Shown here piece by piece: positions 40,653 to 50,482 of a DNA stretch of 64,000 nt. The translations under genes and the position numbers were made by a program. The number at the start of each line of letters is the position of its first letter. Positions within the stretch are counted from its first letter, which is position 1. The notes beneath the pieces are model-generated. The model did no database searches. It was not told where the DNA came from and was given only the letters and a program-made list of their open reading frames with translations. This stretch comes from an uncultured Alphaproteobacteria bacterium (lineage in GTDB: Bacteria; Pseudomonadota; Alphaproteobacteria; HIMB59; GCA-002718135): positions 10,845 to 74,844 of the forward strand of contig CACGTA010000002.1 of assembly GCA_902575815.1 (NCBI GenBank), given 5' to 3'.

Positions 40653-40713
40653 AATTTATAAATACCCGATTCTCGGTTTTTGCTCAAATTTTTTAATTAA
40701 AAAGACTTAATTT

Positions 40714-41337
40714 TTAATGTTTTTGTAATAAAACAATTTTTATTTTTATTTTATTTTTGAAATCATTGTTCAAGGGTAAATAATTTAAAGGTCTAGAAAT
40801 TTTATTGATTTTTAATGATTTTTGATGTTTTTTTAAAATACTTAAAAAATCCTGCTGCCGCCATAAATCAATTCTATGTGTAAATAATACTAAACCATTA
40901 TTTTTAATATTTTTATTAATATTGGCAAAAAGTTTATCAAAGTTTTTACAATACGTCATAGAACCAATTAGAGAAATAAGATCAAATTTTATTTTATAAT
41001 GATGCAATTGTTCAAAGTTTTTTATTTGTAATTTTTTATAAATTTTTTTATCAGATGAAATTTTTAAGCTTTTTTTTGAAATATCTGAGCCATAAATGTG
41101 ACTTTTTGGATAGATTTTTTTTAACTCAGTACCAAATAAACCGGTCCCACAAGCTAAATCTAAGATATTTTTTGGTTTGACGCTAATGGTTTCTTTTAAA
41201 AATTTTATGCTTTTTTTTGGTGCTTGATAATTCCATAACTTAAGTGTTTCATCATATTTTTCTGACCAATCATCATAATATTTTGTCGTTTTGTTTAAAT
41301 TTCCGATACCTGAAACTAAAGATTTAAAATTACTCAT
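40714..41337 (-). CDS. Class I SAM-dependent methyltransferase
   Basis: YDDWSEKYD N-terminal motif, ILDLACGTG, GSDIS. Confidence 0.88.
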   Translation of the reverse strand: MSNFKSLVSGIGNLNKTTKYYDDWSEKYDETLKLWNYQAPKKSIKFLKETISVKPKNILDLACGTGLFGTELKKIYPKSHIYGSDISKKSLKISSDKKIYKKLQIKNFEQLHHYKIKFDLISLIGSMTYCKNFDKLFANINKNIKNNGLVLFTHRIDLWRQQDFLSILKKHQKSLKINKISRPLNYLPLNNDFKNKIKIKIVLLQKH

Positions 41338-42136
41338 ATCTTAAGGAAGGAATTTTTTTTCTTATTCTTTTAACCTCCAAAAGATTAATTGTAGAATTAA
41401 GTATTGAAGGTTTATCTTTAGTTTTATTTACAATCTTGCCCCAAGGATCAACTAAGAGAGAATATCCATAAGTTTTTCTATTCATATGATGATTTCCACA
41501 CATACCTGTTGCTACAATAAATACATTATTTTCTATAGCTCTTGATCGATTTAAAATTTCCCAATGATCTTTCCCTGTAGGTTTTGTAAAAGCAGCTGGA
41601 ACTAAAATAATTGCACAATCTTTTTTGGCAAGTTTCCTGTATAAAGAAGGAAATCGTAGATCATAACAAATTGTCATTCCAAATTTAATATTATTAATTT
41701 TTGCATAAGTTATTTCATTACCAGCTTGAAATAGAGATGACTCTTGATGTTTTTCTTTTTTATTAATTTTGACATCAAACATATGAATCTTATCATACGT
41801 TTTATCTGTAACACCATTATTATTTATGAAATAAGATCTATTCACAAGTTTTCTTTGATTTTTAACTTTTAAAAGTAAAGAGCCAAGATTGATGGTAACT
41901 TTATTTTTTTTAGCAAAATTTTTTGCCATCTTTAACACTGGACAGGTGTTTTGATACGGAGCATTTGACATTAAATAATTTTTATCATTTGTAATAATGT
42001 TTGAGCATTCTGGTGTACAAATTAATTGAGGTTTAAATTTTAATGTATTGTTAAATCTTTTCTCAAGAATCTCTGCGTTTAAAGCTGGGATATGACTTGC
42101 TTGAAATTGAACTTGAGATATTTTTAATTTATTCAT
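41330..42136 (-). CDS. Carbon-nitrogen hydrolase (Nit1-like, deaminated glutathione amidase)
   Basis: TPE, YDKIHMFDV, ICYDLRFP triad, PAAFTKPTGKDHWE, RAIEN. Confidence 0.9.
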   Translation of the reverse strand: MNKLKISQVQFQASHIPALNAEILEKRFNNTLKFKPQLICTPECSNIITNDKNYLMSNAPYQNTCPVLKMAKNFAKKNKVTINLGSLLLKVKNQRKLVNRSYFINNNGVTDKTYDKIHMFDVKINKKEKHQESSLFQAGNEITYAKINNIKFGMTICYDLRFPSLYRKLAKKDCAIILVPAAFTKPTGKDHWEILNRSRAIENNVFIVATGMCGNHHMNRKTYGYSLLVDPWGKIVNKTKDKPSILNSTINLLEVKRIRKKIPSLRYE

Positions 42137-42141
42137 TAATT

Positions 42142-43287
42142 TTATTTAAATTTAAGTAAAAAAACAAATCCAGAAGTAAAGACAATAATAGATAGTAGAT
42201 ACATATTTAAGGTTAGGGAAAATGTTTCTGCAAGAAAACCAATTGCTGCTGGCATAATCATTGTGGAAGATAATCCAATAGTAATGAGATTAGTTACAGT
42301 CATAGGAATACTCTCGTTAGACTGCTTAACAGCTTGGCGAATAACTATAGGAACCAAGTTTGCTATAGCAAATCCATAAATACATAAGACACCTAGTATA
42401 ATATAAAAATTGTTTGTTAATAAAGACAAAAGCATTATTGATGCTCCAATCATTACAAAATGACATCCCACAACTTTTTCAGTAAATAAATCAATTAAGG
42501 AGTTAGAGAATAAATTCGCTAAAATACCACCAACACTAAAAAATATTAATCCCATACTTGCAAGATAAAGAGGTGTATTTAAATCTTTTGATAGCCATAA
42601 TGTAGACCAATCCATTATTATACCGCCAGACCCAAAAACAAAAAATAATAAAAATCCAAATATAAGAACATTTGATTCTGGAATTTTAAATTTTTCACCT
42701 TTACCTTTGAAATCTAAATTACTAGGTAATCCCAAGTGAAGAACTAATAAAGCTACTAAAATTGAAGAGAAAGATAAAACAAGAAAAAACATAAAAGGAT
42801 CAAAACTATATCGCATAATTATACCGGCTAAACCTCCACCAACAAGAATGCCAATATTGAAACCCATCGCGTAATAGGGAGTAATAATTTTCTTAAAATG
42901 CTTTTCAATTAGTTGGCAGTGTATTCCTCCAATTGGTCCAGAAGCACCCCATCCAATTCCAGCTGGAATAAAAGTTAATAAAAAATAAAAATATGATGAA
43001 GATATAATTGATAATAAAGTAGAAAAAGTAATAAGCGGAAAAGCTAAAGACATTACTAGCTTTGTTCCATATTTTGGTACAAGTATTCTTCCAGCAATTT
43101 GGTTTGATAATACAAAAAAAATCCCAAAGATTAATATTGAAAAGCTCAAATCAGATTCATCAATTGATAACCTATTCATATTCCATGGTGTAATGCCAAA
43201 GTAACACCCAACAACAATCATAGGGTAACTTGATGTTATTATTGAAGCTAAAGTTGCTCTTCTAAATATCTTAGTTTCTTCTAACAA
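42142..43287 (-). CDS. MFS transporter
   Basis: About 12 hydrophobic segments, DWS..WL motif; paralog of 54492..55649. Confidence 0.8.
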   Translation of the reverse strand: MLEETKIFRRATLASIITSSYPMIVVGCYFGITPWNMNRLSIDESDLSFSILIFGIFFVLSNQIAGRILVPKYGTKLVMSLAFPLITFSTLLSIISSSYFYFLLTFIPAGIGWGASGPIGGIHCQLIEKHFKKIITPYYAMGFNIGILVGGGLAGIIMRYSFDPFMFFLVLSFSSILVALLVLHLGLPSNLDFKGKGEKFKIPESNVLIFGFLLFFVFGSGGIIMDWSTLWLSKDLNTPLYLASMGLIFFSVGGILANLFSNSLIDLFTEKVVGCHFVMIGASIMLLSLLTNNFYIILGVLCIYGFAIANLVPIVIRQAVKQSNESIPMTVTNLITIGLSSTMIMPAAIGFLAETFSLTLNMYLLSIIVFTSGFVFLLKFK

Positions 43288-43293
43288 AATTTA

Positions 43294-44277
43294 TTACCAA
43301 CGATGATGTACATCATCATAGAAAAATTTTGTATAGATATCACTTATTTCATTCATCAAGGAAGAAATTTCTTTAATTTCACTGGAGGCAGTATTTAGAT
43401 CAACATGATCTTTGTTTTTTGCACCTGGAATTACAACACTCACAGCCTCATGCATTAAAATCCATTTAAGAGATAATTGAGAGAGAGTTAATTCATTTGG
43501 AATAATATTTTTAAGTTCTTCGACAGCTTCCAGAGCTTTTGAATAATTGACTCCAGAGAATGTTTCACCAACATCAAATGCATCACCGTTGATATTATAA
43601 TTTCGATGATCGTCAGAGGCAAAGGAAGAATTTTTATCAAATTTTCCTGATAACAAACCGCTAGCAAGAGGAACTCTAATTATAATTGCTACCTTTTTTT
43701 CTTTTGCTATTTTAAATAATTCTTCTGCAGGTTTTTGTCTAAAAATGTTAAATATAACTTGAATAGACTTTGTTTGAGGTTTTTTTATGCATTCTAATGC
43801 TTGATCAACTGTTTCAACGCTAAAACCATAATTTTGTATTTTTCCTTTACCTACTAAATAATCTAACATTTCAAAAGTATGATCTGATGAATAAACTTCT
43901 GTTGGAGGACAATGCATTTGTAAAAGATCGATAGTTTCAATATTTAGATTTGATAATGATCGGTCTACAAATGACTCCATTAATTCTTTATCATAATAAC
44001 CATTTGCAACGTGTGGGTTGATACGTCTACCAGCTTTTGTTGCTACATAAATTTTATCAGAAATAGAATTTATATAATTTCCCACAAATTTTTCACTTCT
44101 ACCATCACCATAAACATCAGCCGTATCAAAAAAGTTTACTCCATTTTCAAATGATGATTGTAATACCTCATTTGCCTTCTCTTCACTAACATTTCCCCAA
44201 TCAGCGCCAATCTGCCAACAGCCTAAACCTATTTCAGATACATTCCAATCAAGAGAGCCAAATTTTCTATATTTCAT
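43294..44277 (-). CDS. Aldo/keto reductase
   Basis: SEIGLGCW, FFDTADVYGDG, VATK, LLQMH, PLASGLLSGK, VIPGAK. Confidence 0.93.
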   Translation of the reverse strand: MKYRKFGSLDWNVSEIGLGCWQIGADWGNVSEEKANEVLQSSFENGVNFFDTADVYGDGRSEKFVGNYINSISDKIYVATKAGRRINPHVANGYYDKELMESFVDRSLSNLNIETIDLLQMHCPPTEVYSSDHTFEMLDYLVGKGKIQNYGFSVETVDQALECIKKPQTKSIQVIFNIFRQKPAEELFKIAKEKKVAIIIRVPLASGLLSGKFDKNSSFASDDHRNYNINGDAFDVGETFSGVNYSKALEAVEELKNIIPNELTLSQLSLKWILMHEAVSVVIPGAKNKDHVDLNTASSEIKEISSLMNEISDIYTKFFYDDVHHRW

Positions 44278-44280
44278 ACT

Positions 44281-46443
44281 TTAATTTAAAATTATCTTAT
44301 CTGTTACTAAAGTCCCATTATCAACGATTAAACCTGCTCCACCTTTAAGAAAAGGAGAATCATCATCCTCAACTTCAATAATAACTTTATCATTAATGTG
44401 TCCAATAATTTTATTTTTTATTACTGTCATTTTTAAATTATATTCTTTAAAAAATTCTACTCCAAATTCTTCTTCTTTTAATATTTTATAATCATTATTC
44501 ATCTTTCCAATTCGTAACTTGTTCCCTTTACAAATTTCAAAGGTGTAGTATTTATTTACACCTTGGACTCTTGATACTATTCCTCCAGAGTTACTAGACT
44601 GCAACATAATATTTGATGCAATTGAATAATTTCTCCATAAATCTGTTCCAGTAAATAAAATTCCCCTACCATTATTTTGGCAAATTCTAAAATTTTTACC
44701 TCTCTTTTCCCATTTGTCTAATGATTGAACCCATGCATTTCTCCAAATTTCACCATAGTAGCCCTCTTTTTTTTCTTTACCTCTTTGATAATTTTCTACG
44801 TGATCAGGTCTTTTAAATATTTGTTTTGGTTCTCCTTCAAAATTAACATAATTAAGAATAACTTCACCTTCTTTTTTTTCATTTGATAAAATATTGAAGC
44901 CAATTTGACCTATAGGGTTTGAGCCAGTGTCAGGCACATCCCATGATATTTGTTTTTTTTCATTACCACTTATCTTAAAAATATTTGAAGAAATTTTTTG
45001 AAGTTTATCATTTTCGCCCCAATATTTAGAGAATAATGTGATTGAAATTTCATGAGAAAAAATATTTTCTATTTCCAAAGTTACTTTCTGACCTGGAAAA
45101 ATAGTTGGGCAAGAAATATAATCGTAATGAAAAAAATCATCTCTTTTTTTTCCTTTTAAATCTAAAATTACCTCAGGAAAAAATGTTTCTATATAAATTT
45201 CCGAAACTAAATCTTCTGAAAGATTGTTATATGTAATTTTTAAACCTCTTTCACCTAATTTAGAATTGTATTCGACATTACTAATTTTTGTTTCACAAAA
45301 CTTATTTCCAACTCTTGTTCGCCAACCTTGTGTTGAATCTTTAATATCAAAATGAAATCTAGCTCCATTTTTAGGTAAATTTTCTTCTAAACCATTAATT
45401 TTTCTAGTTGTATTAATTATTTTGTAAGTTTCTGTCAGTGCATCAGTAAGTGTTTCACCTCCTGATGCAGAGGGGCAATATAAAATATCATTTATAGGAG
45501 ATAAATAATCAGGACCTGATTTAAGTCCTTCTATTCCATTTTTAATTCCTAAAATACAACCAACATTTCCTGAATTACAATCTGTGTCCCAACCTGCTGT
45601 ATTAACAATCATCATAGTTTTTTGAAAATCATCATCTCCAAATAGTAAAGACATAATAATTAAGGCATGATTGGGTACCATATGACAGTTACCTAAATAT
45701 TTATCATATCCGTAATTTTCAGCAATTTTTTCTCTTGCTTGTTCCCAACCTAAATTTCCAGATCGCCATTCTTGTATGTCAGATATTAATCTAAATATTA
45801 CTGAATTATCTGGAATATATTTTTTAGCTTGCTCAACTAACTTTGTTAAATCACTTTCTACAAAGGCCATTGACTCTAGAGCAGCTACAACTTGTGCACC
45901 ATAAATTGCCTCTCCATCATGACTAACACTTGCAGCAAGTTTAGCATAATGAACTGCTCTTTCTGGGTCACCAGGTGCTACCATAGCCCAGCCATCAATA
46001 AAAATTTGAGCTCCTATTTGTTCAGCAATTACCTTACCATTAGTTTTAATTGAACCACTATCAGGTGCATCAATACCCTGTTTTAAATTTTGAAAAGCTG
46101 TGTCTTCTGCTGAATGTCCTTTCCCTCCCCACCATAGAATTGTTTTATCTTCAATAATATTATTTAGCCACGTTTTACCTATATCTTTAGCAGTAATATT
46201 TTTTTTAAAATTGCATTCTCTAAAAGCACGTAAAAAGGTAAATGTGCCAGTAATGTCATCATCAGAGACGGGTAACGGAAAATCTAATTTTTCATTTACA
46301 TAATAATTAATAGGTCCCAATTCCTTCATTATTCTTTCATAAGACCAACCTTCAAATGGACGCCCAAGAAATACGCCAATTATTTTTCCTAAAACACCTG
46401 CATAAACTTTTTCTTCATAATTTTTGTCTAACTTATAAGTCAT
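44281..46443 (-). CDS. ADP-ribosylglycohydrolase family protein with large C-terminal beta-rich extension
   Basis: YAGVLGKIIG..LG.PFEG, SDDD and GWDTDCN metal-binding motifs in the first ~340 aa; remaining ~380 aa look like beta-sandwich domains. Confidence 0.85.
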   Translation of the reverse strand: MTYKLDKNYEEKVYAGVLGKIIGVFLGRPFEGWSYERIMKELGPINYYVNEKLDFPLPVSDDDITGTFTFLRAFRECNFKKNITAKDIGKTWLNNIIEDKTILWWGGKGHSAEDTAFQNLKQGIDAPDSGSIKTNGKVIAEQIGAQIFIDGWAMVAPGDPERAVHYAKLAASVSHDGEAIYGAQVVAALESMAFVESDLTKLVEQAKKYIPDNSVIFRLISDIQEWRSGNLGWEQAREKIAENYGYDKYLGNCHMVPNHALIIMSLLFGDDDFQKTMMIVNTAGWDTDCNSGNVGCILGIKNGIEGLKSGPDYLSPINDILYCPSASGGETLTDALTETYKIINTTRKINGLEENLPKNGARFHFDIKDSTQGWRTRVGNKFCETKISNVEYNSKLGERGLKITYNNLSEDLVSEIYIETFFPEVILDLKGKKRDDFFHYDYISCPTIFPGQKVTLEIENIFSHEISITLFSKYWGENDKLQKISSNIFKISGNEKKQISWDVPDTGSNPIGQIGFNILSNEKKEGEVILNYVNFEGEPKQIFKRPDHVENYQRGKEKKEGYYGEIWRNAWVQSLDKWEKRGKNFRICQNNGRGILFTGTDLWRNYSIASNIMLQSSNSGGIVSRVQGVNKYYTFEICKGNKLRIGKMNNDYKILKEEEFGVEFFKEYNLKMTVIKNKIIGHINDKVIIEVEDDDSPFLKGGAGLIVDNGTLVTDKIILN

Positions 46444-47280
46444 TTAACCTTTTAATCCTCCACTAGTTAAACCAGAAATAAATCTCCTTTGAAATAGCAT
46501 GAAAAGAATTGCCACAGGCGCAACCATCATTATCGCTGATGCGCTTTGCAGTGCGTAATTATTTTCAAATCTCCACTGAAATGCAAATAATATAGTAGCC
46601 ATAGGTTTAAAACCTTCTTCACTAATAAAAGTTAAAGCAAATAAAAATTCATTCCAAACTGCAAGAGCTATTATTAATCCTGCAGTTAAAATAACTGGCC
46701 ATGAAAGAGGTAGCGCAACTCTAAAAAAAAGTTGAAAAGTATTAGCCCCATCAAGTCGTGCAGCTTCAAATAGCTCATCTGGCAATCTAATCATGTAAGA
46801 TCTAATTAAGAAAGTTGCAAATGGTGCATTTAAAGCTGTGTAGATTATAATCAATCCTATATGTGTATTTAAAAGATGTATCTCCTTCCATAATAAGAAC
46901 AAAGGCACGATATAAAGTTGTGCAGGAATACTTATACCAACTAAAAGATAGACAGCAATTATTGCAGAGCCTTTAGGGTTTAACTTTGCAAGACTAAATC
47001 CAGCTGCTAGTGAAACGGCAAGACACAATAATACTGATCCAGCAACTAACTTTAAAGAATTAAAAAAAACTTTAGCATATTCTCCCTTAACCCAAGCTTC
47101 ACTAAAATTTTCAAATCTTATTTCACTTGGAGGTCCAAGTGGATTTACGCCAAACTCCATTTGAGGCTTAATTGAATTAAATATAAGAACAGCTAATGGA
47201 AGTATCGCTATTAAAGCAAATATAATAAGAATTATATAATTGGATATCACTTCTCTACTTCTATATTTTGCAACTATCAT
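46444..47280 (-). CDS. Carbohydrate ABC transporter permease (MalG-like)
   Basis: LPDELFEAARLDGA EAA loop, WNEFL; likely start MIVAKY at 47280. Confidence 0.92.
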   Translation of the reverse strand: MIVAKYRSREVISNYIILIIFALIAILPLAVLIFNSIKPQMEFGVNPLGPPSEIRFENFSEAWVKGEYAKVFFNSLKLVAGSVLLCLAVSLAAGFSLAKLNPKGSAIIAVYLLVGISIPAQLYIVPLFLLWKEIHLLNTHIGLIIIYTALNAPFATFLIRSYMIRLPDELFEAARLDGANTFQLFFRVALPLSWPVILTAGLIIALAVWNEFLFALTFISEEGFKPMATILFAFQWRFENNYALQSASAIMMVAPVAILFMLFQRRFISGLTSGGLKG

Positions 47281-48155
47281 TATATGTCCCACCCAGCTTT
47301 TCTAAAAAGACCAAACAAAGCAACTATAATCATAACATAAAAAAACATTAGTGTTCCTATTGCAGAAGAGTATCCAACATCAAATCTCTCAAATGCTTGA
47401 GAATACATATAGTTTGCTATTACTTCTGAGCTGTATGCAGGACCACCACCTGTTAAAATGTATACATAATCAAATACTGGAACAGACCAAATTATTATAA
47501 TCATAATACTAAAAACAAAAACTGGTCTTATCATTGGCAAAGTTATGTATCTAAATTTTTGAAATTTTGTTGCACCCTCAATATCTGCAGCTTCGTAAAG
47601 ATGATTATCAACTTGATACATTCCTGTTAAATATATAACCACAAGAAAACCCCAAAAATGCCAACCATCTACAAATGCTACTGCAAATAAAGACGTAGAT
47701 TTCATAGTAAATGGAGATACTGCTAAAAAATCCCAACCAATTCTCTCAAAAAAACCTCCAAGACCATGAATTGGGTGAAATAAATATTTCCAAATTTGAC
47801 AATTAATTACACTTGCAAGCATGTAAGGAAAAAAGAAAGCAAGTCGAAAAAACATTTGGCCTCTTTTAATTCCTGTAAGTAAATAAGCGCAAGTTAATGC
47901 AATTCCAACGGGGACAGTTAGGAAGGCAATAGTCCAGATTACATTATTTATAATCGCTTTTTTAAGATACCTATCATCAAATAGTTCTATAAAATTTTCA
48001 AAACCTATATAATTTATTTCACCAAGCCCCCTCCAGTCAGTTAAACATAAAGCTAAACTTGCAAGAGATGGAATGCCTATTACAAATAAATGAATGAATG
48101 CAACAGGTAAGACAAAATACCAGGCAACAAAATTTTTATTAGAAAATATTTTCAT
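47280..48155 (-). CDS. Carbohydrate ABC transporter permease (MalF-like)
   Basis: GFENF, LYEAADIEGA, FDYVYILTGGGP. Start moved to MKIFSN at 48155 because the upstream extension is an intergenic hairpin. Confidence 0.92.
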   Translation of the reverse strand: MKIFSNKNFVAWYFVLPVAFIHLFVIGIPSLASLALCLTDWRGLGEINYIGFENFIELFDDRYLKKAIINNVIWTIAFLTVPVGIALTCAYLLTGIKRGQMFFRLAFFFPYMLASVINCQIWKYLFHPIHGLGGFFERIGWDFLAVSPFTMKSTSLFAVAFVDGWHFWGFLVVIYLTGMYQVDNHLYEAADIEGATKFQKFRYITLPMIRPVFVFSIMIIIIWSVPVFDYVYILTGGGPAYSSEVIANYMYSQAFERFDVGYSSAIGTLMFFYVMIIVALFGLFRKAGWDI

Positions 48156-48162
48156 TTTAAAT

Positions 48163-48188
48163 ACAGTGAAGCTTTGAAGCTTCACTGT
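48163..48188. terminator. Stem-loop between SBP and permease genes (mRNA-stabilising or attenuating hairpin)
   Basis: ACAGTGAAGCT-TTGA-AGCTTCACTGT perfect inverted repeat. Confidence 0.7.
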
Positions 48189-48201
48189 TTGTATATTTAA
48201 T

Positions 48202-49530
48202 TTAGTTTCTTAATGGAACTGGTAAAGTGTCGCCATTTTTTCTAGCTTTATCCCACATCTTTTGATGATCATATAAGAAATCTTCAACAGATATATCGCC
48301 AGCCCATACAACTTCCATATCTTTCCAAATATGAACGCCAGGGTCAGCAGGCCAAAAAGTCCAAGTACAATATCCATAATTACCTTCACCGGTAATTCTT
48401 GCATATTCGCTAAGATAATCTTGAACTTGAGGAGCAATATCAGTTGGAATGTCACTGCTAGATAGAGTTAATGGAACTACCATTTCTCCAAATTGAAAGT
48501 CTTTTGCAATATCAAGAACTTTGTCTTTGTTACTCATTATCCAGTTTAAAACATCTATCGCACCATCTTTATTTTTACCATTTGCATTGACTGACATAGT
48601 TGTGCCAATTGCAATCATAAAATTAGGATCTGGTGATTGTGAAGACAGAGATGGAAGTGGAGCCCAACCCCATTCATCATCGCTCGCACCAATACCTAAT
48701 TGTGTTGCTTGAAAAGTCCAAGTACCAATTGTCATCATAGCTGCCCCTCTATTAGCAAATTGAGCATGGAAATCATCCCATCCAATAGCATAATAATTTT
48801 CTAGGCTTCCAGACCAATATCCCTCGTCAACCATATGTTTTTTAAGCAATTCAAGAGCTTCAACAAAAACAGGATCTGTCCATTCTCTTTCACCAATTAT
48901 TGCTTCATATACAGCTTGAGGACCTGCATAGTTGTTTAAATAAATTCCTACAAGGTGTTCATGAGTTGGTTGCCATCCATCTGATCCATAAGAAAAAACA
49001 TTCATCCCTTTTGCTTTAATTTTTCCTGCAACATCTTCTAGTTCTTCCAATGTTGTTGGCACTTTCCAATTATTTTCTTCAAATAAAGTTTTATTATAAA
49101 GCATAACCATTGATTCATGAGTTTTTGGAATTGCGTATAAACTTCCTTCAAAAACTCCTGAACTATAAGCCCAAGGTATCATCTTGTCTTTCCAGCCAAA
49201 TTCTGCAGCGTATGAGTCTAAATTTTCTAACATACCAGCTGCATGATACTCTTTTACATAAGATGGACCGGGAGTCTCGACGATATCAGGACCCATACCA
49301 CCAATCATAGCAGTTCTCATTGAAGTTAATCTTGTTTCATTATCTTCAAATTCGATAACAAGTTCATGATTATCTTGCGAGTTGTTGTAGGCATTTTGTA
49401 ATTTTTCTATCATTATTGGATCTCTGTCTGCATTTGACTCCATCGACCAAGTTACTTTGGTTTTTGCTAGTGCAGAAAAAGATGTAGATAGAATAATTAC
49501 AGATGCAAAACTAATTATTGTTCTAATCAT
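48202..49530 (-). CDS. Carbohydrate ABC transporter substrate-binding protein (family 1)
   Basis: Signal peptide MIRTIISFAS..ALA, GPDIV, LYAIP, LYNKTLFEE..PTT; GGAGG RBS. Confidence 0.92.
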   Translation of the reverse strand: MIRTIISFASVIILSTSFSALAKTKVTWSMESNADRDPIMIEKLQNAYNNSQDNHELVIEFEDNETRLTSMRTAMIGGMGPDIVETPGPSYVKEYHAAGMLENLDSYAAEFGWKDKMIPWAYSSGVFEGSLYAIPKTHESMVMLYNKTLFEENNWKVPTTLEELEDVAGKIKAKGMNVFSYGSDGWQPTHEHLVGIYLNNYAGPQAVYEAIIGEREWTDPVFVEALELLKKHMVDEGYWSGSLENYYAIGWDDFHAQFANRGAAMMTIGTWTFQATQLGIGASDDEWGWAPLPSLSSQSPDPNFMIAIGTTMSVNANGKNKDGAIDVLNWIMSNKDKVLDIAKDFQFGEMVVPLTLSSSDIPTDIAPQVQDYLSEYARITGEGNYGYCTWTFWPADPGVHIWKDMEVVWAGDISVEDFLYDHQKMWDKARKNGDTLPVPLRN

Positions 49531-49674
49531 AATTCCTCCATTTATATAATACCTTAAAGAAATTTATTATCACTGCAAGTTGATATTACAAATCTGTCAA
49601 TAAATATCCTAAAATAACCAATTAAATAAATATTAGAATTTATTTTTAATAGTATTTTAATAAAAAAAATATTA

Positions 49675-50475
49675 ATGATAAATCAAATGAAAAATAAATT
49701 AATAGATATATGGAGTAAAGGTGAGGCTGCAATTAATGGTTGGTTATCTATACCTAATTCATTTACAGCTGAAGCATTTGGAAAAATGGGTTGGGACTCA
49801 GTAACTATAGATTTACAACATGGTCAAAATGACTACTCAACCTCTGTCTCCATGATACAAGCACTTGCAAATGGTACAGCAGTACCTCTTACAAGAGTTC
49901 CATGGAGTGAACCTGGTATAATAATGAAAATGTTAGACCTTGGCGTATTAGGAATAATTGCTCCAATGATAAATACAAAAGAGGATTGCGAAAAATTTGT
50001 ATCTTATTGTTATTATCCTCCTATTGGTCAAAGAAGTTTTGGTCCAATGAGGGCGCAGGTTGCTTATGGATCAGATTATTATCAGCACGCAAATAAAAAT
50101 ATAATAAGTTTGGCAATGATTGAAACTAAAGAAGCGGTTGATAATTTAGATGCCATTCTTTCAGTTCCAAATTTAACAGGTATTTACATTGGGCCTGCAG
50201 ATATGAGTTCTTCTTATGGTTTACCGCCTAAGTTTGATGTTAAAGAGGATCCAGTTTTTTCAAATATAAAAATGATTGTAAAAAAGGCTAGAGATAAAGG
50301 TAAGGTAGCAGGTATTCATAATGGCTCAGTTCAATATTTGAAAGAAATGATTGAAATTGGATTTCAATTTACAAGTTTATTATCAGATTTCAGAATTATG
50401 TCATCTCATGCAGAAAGCTTGTTGAAAGAAATAAAAAATATTGATACTAAATCTGATAATACTAGCGCATATTAA
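49675..50475 (+). CDS. HpcH/HpaI class II aldolase
   Basis: IDLQHG, RVPW, APMINT, MIETKEA, YIGPADMS. Confidence 0.9.
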   Translation: MINQMKNKLIDIWSKGEAAINGWLSIPNSFTAEAFGKMGWDSVTIDLQHGQNDYSTSVSMIQALANGTAVPLTRVPWSEPGIIMKMLDLGVLGIIAPMINTKEDCEKFVSYCYYPPIGQRSFGPMRAQVAYGSDYYQHANKNIISLAMIETKEAVDNLDAILSVPNLTGIYIGPADMSSSYGLPPKFDVKEDPVFSNIKMIVKKARDKGKVAGIHNGSVQYLKEMIEIGFQFTSLLSDFRIMSSHAESLLKEIKNIDTKSDNTSAY

Positions 50476-50482
50476 TAGTAAC

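Noticed and set aside
49567..49584. Short inverted repeat TATCA-N8-TGATA in the SBP/aldolase divergent spacer
   Set aside because: Only 5-bp AT-rich arms and no regulator nearby; indistinguishable from chance.
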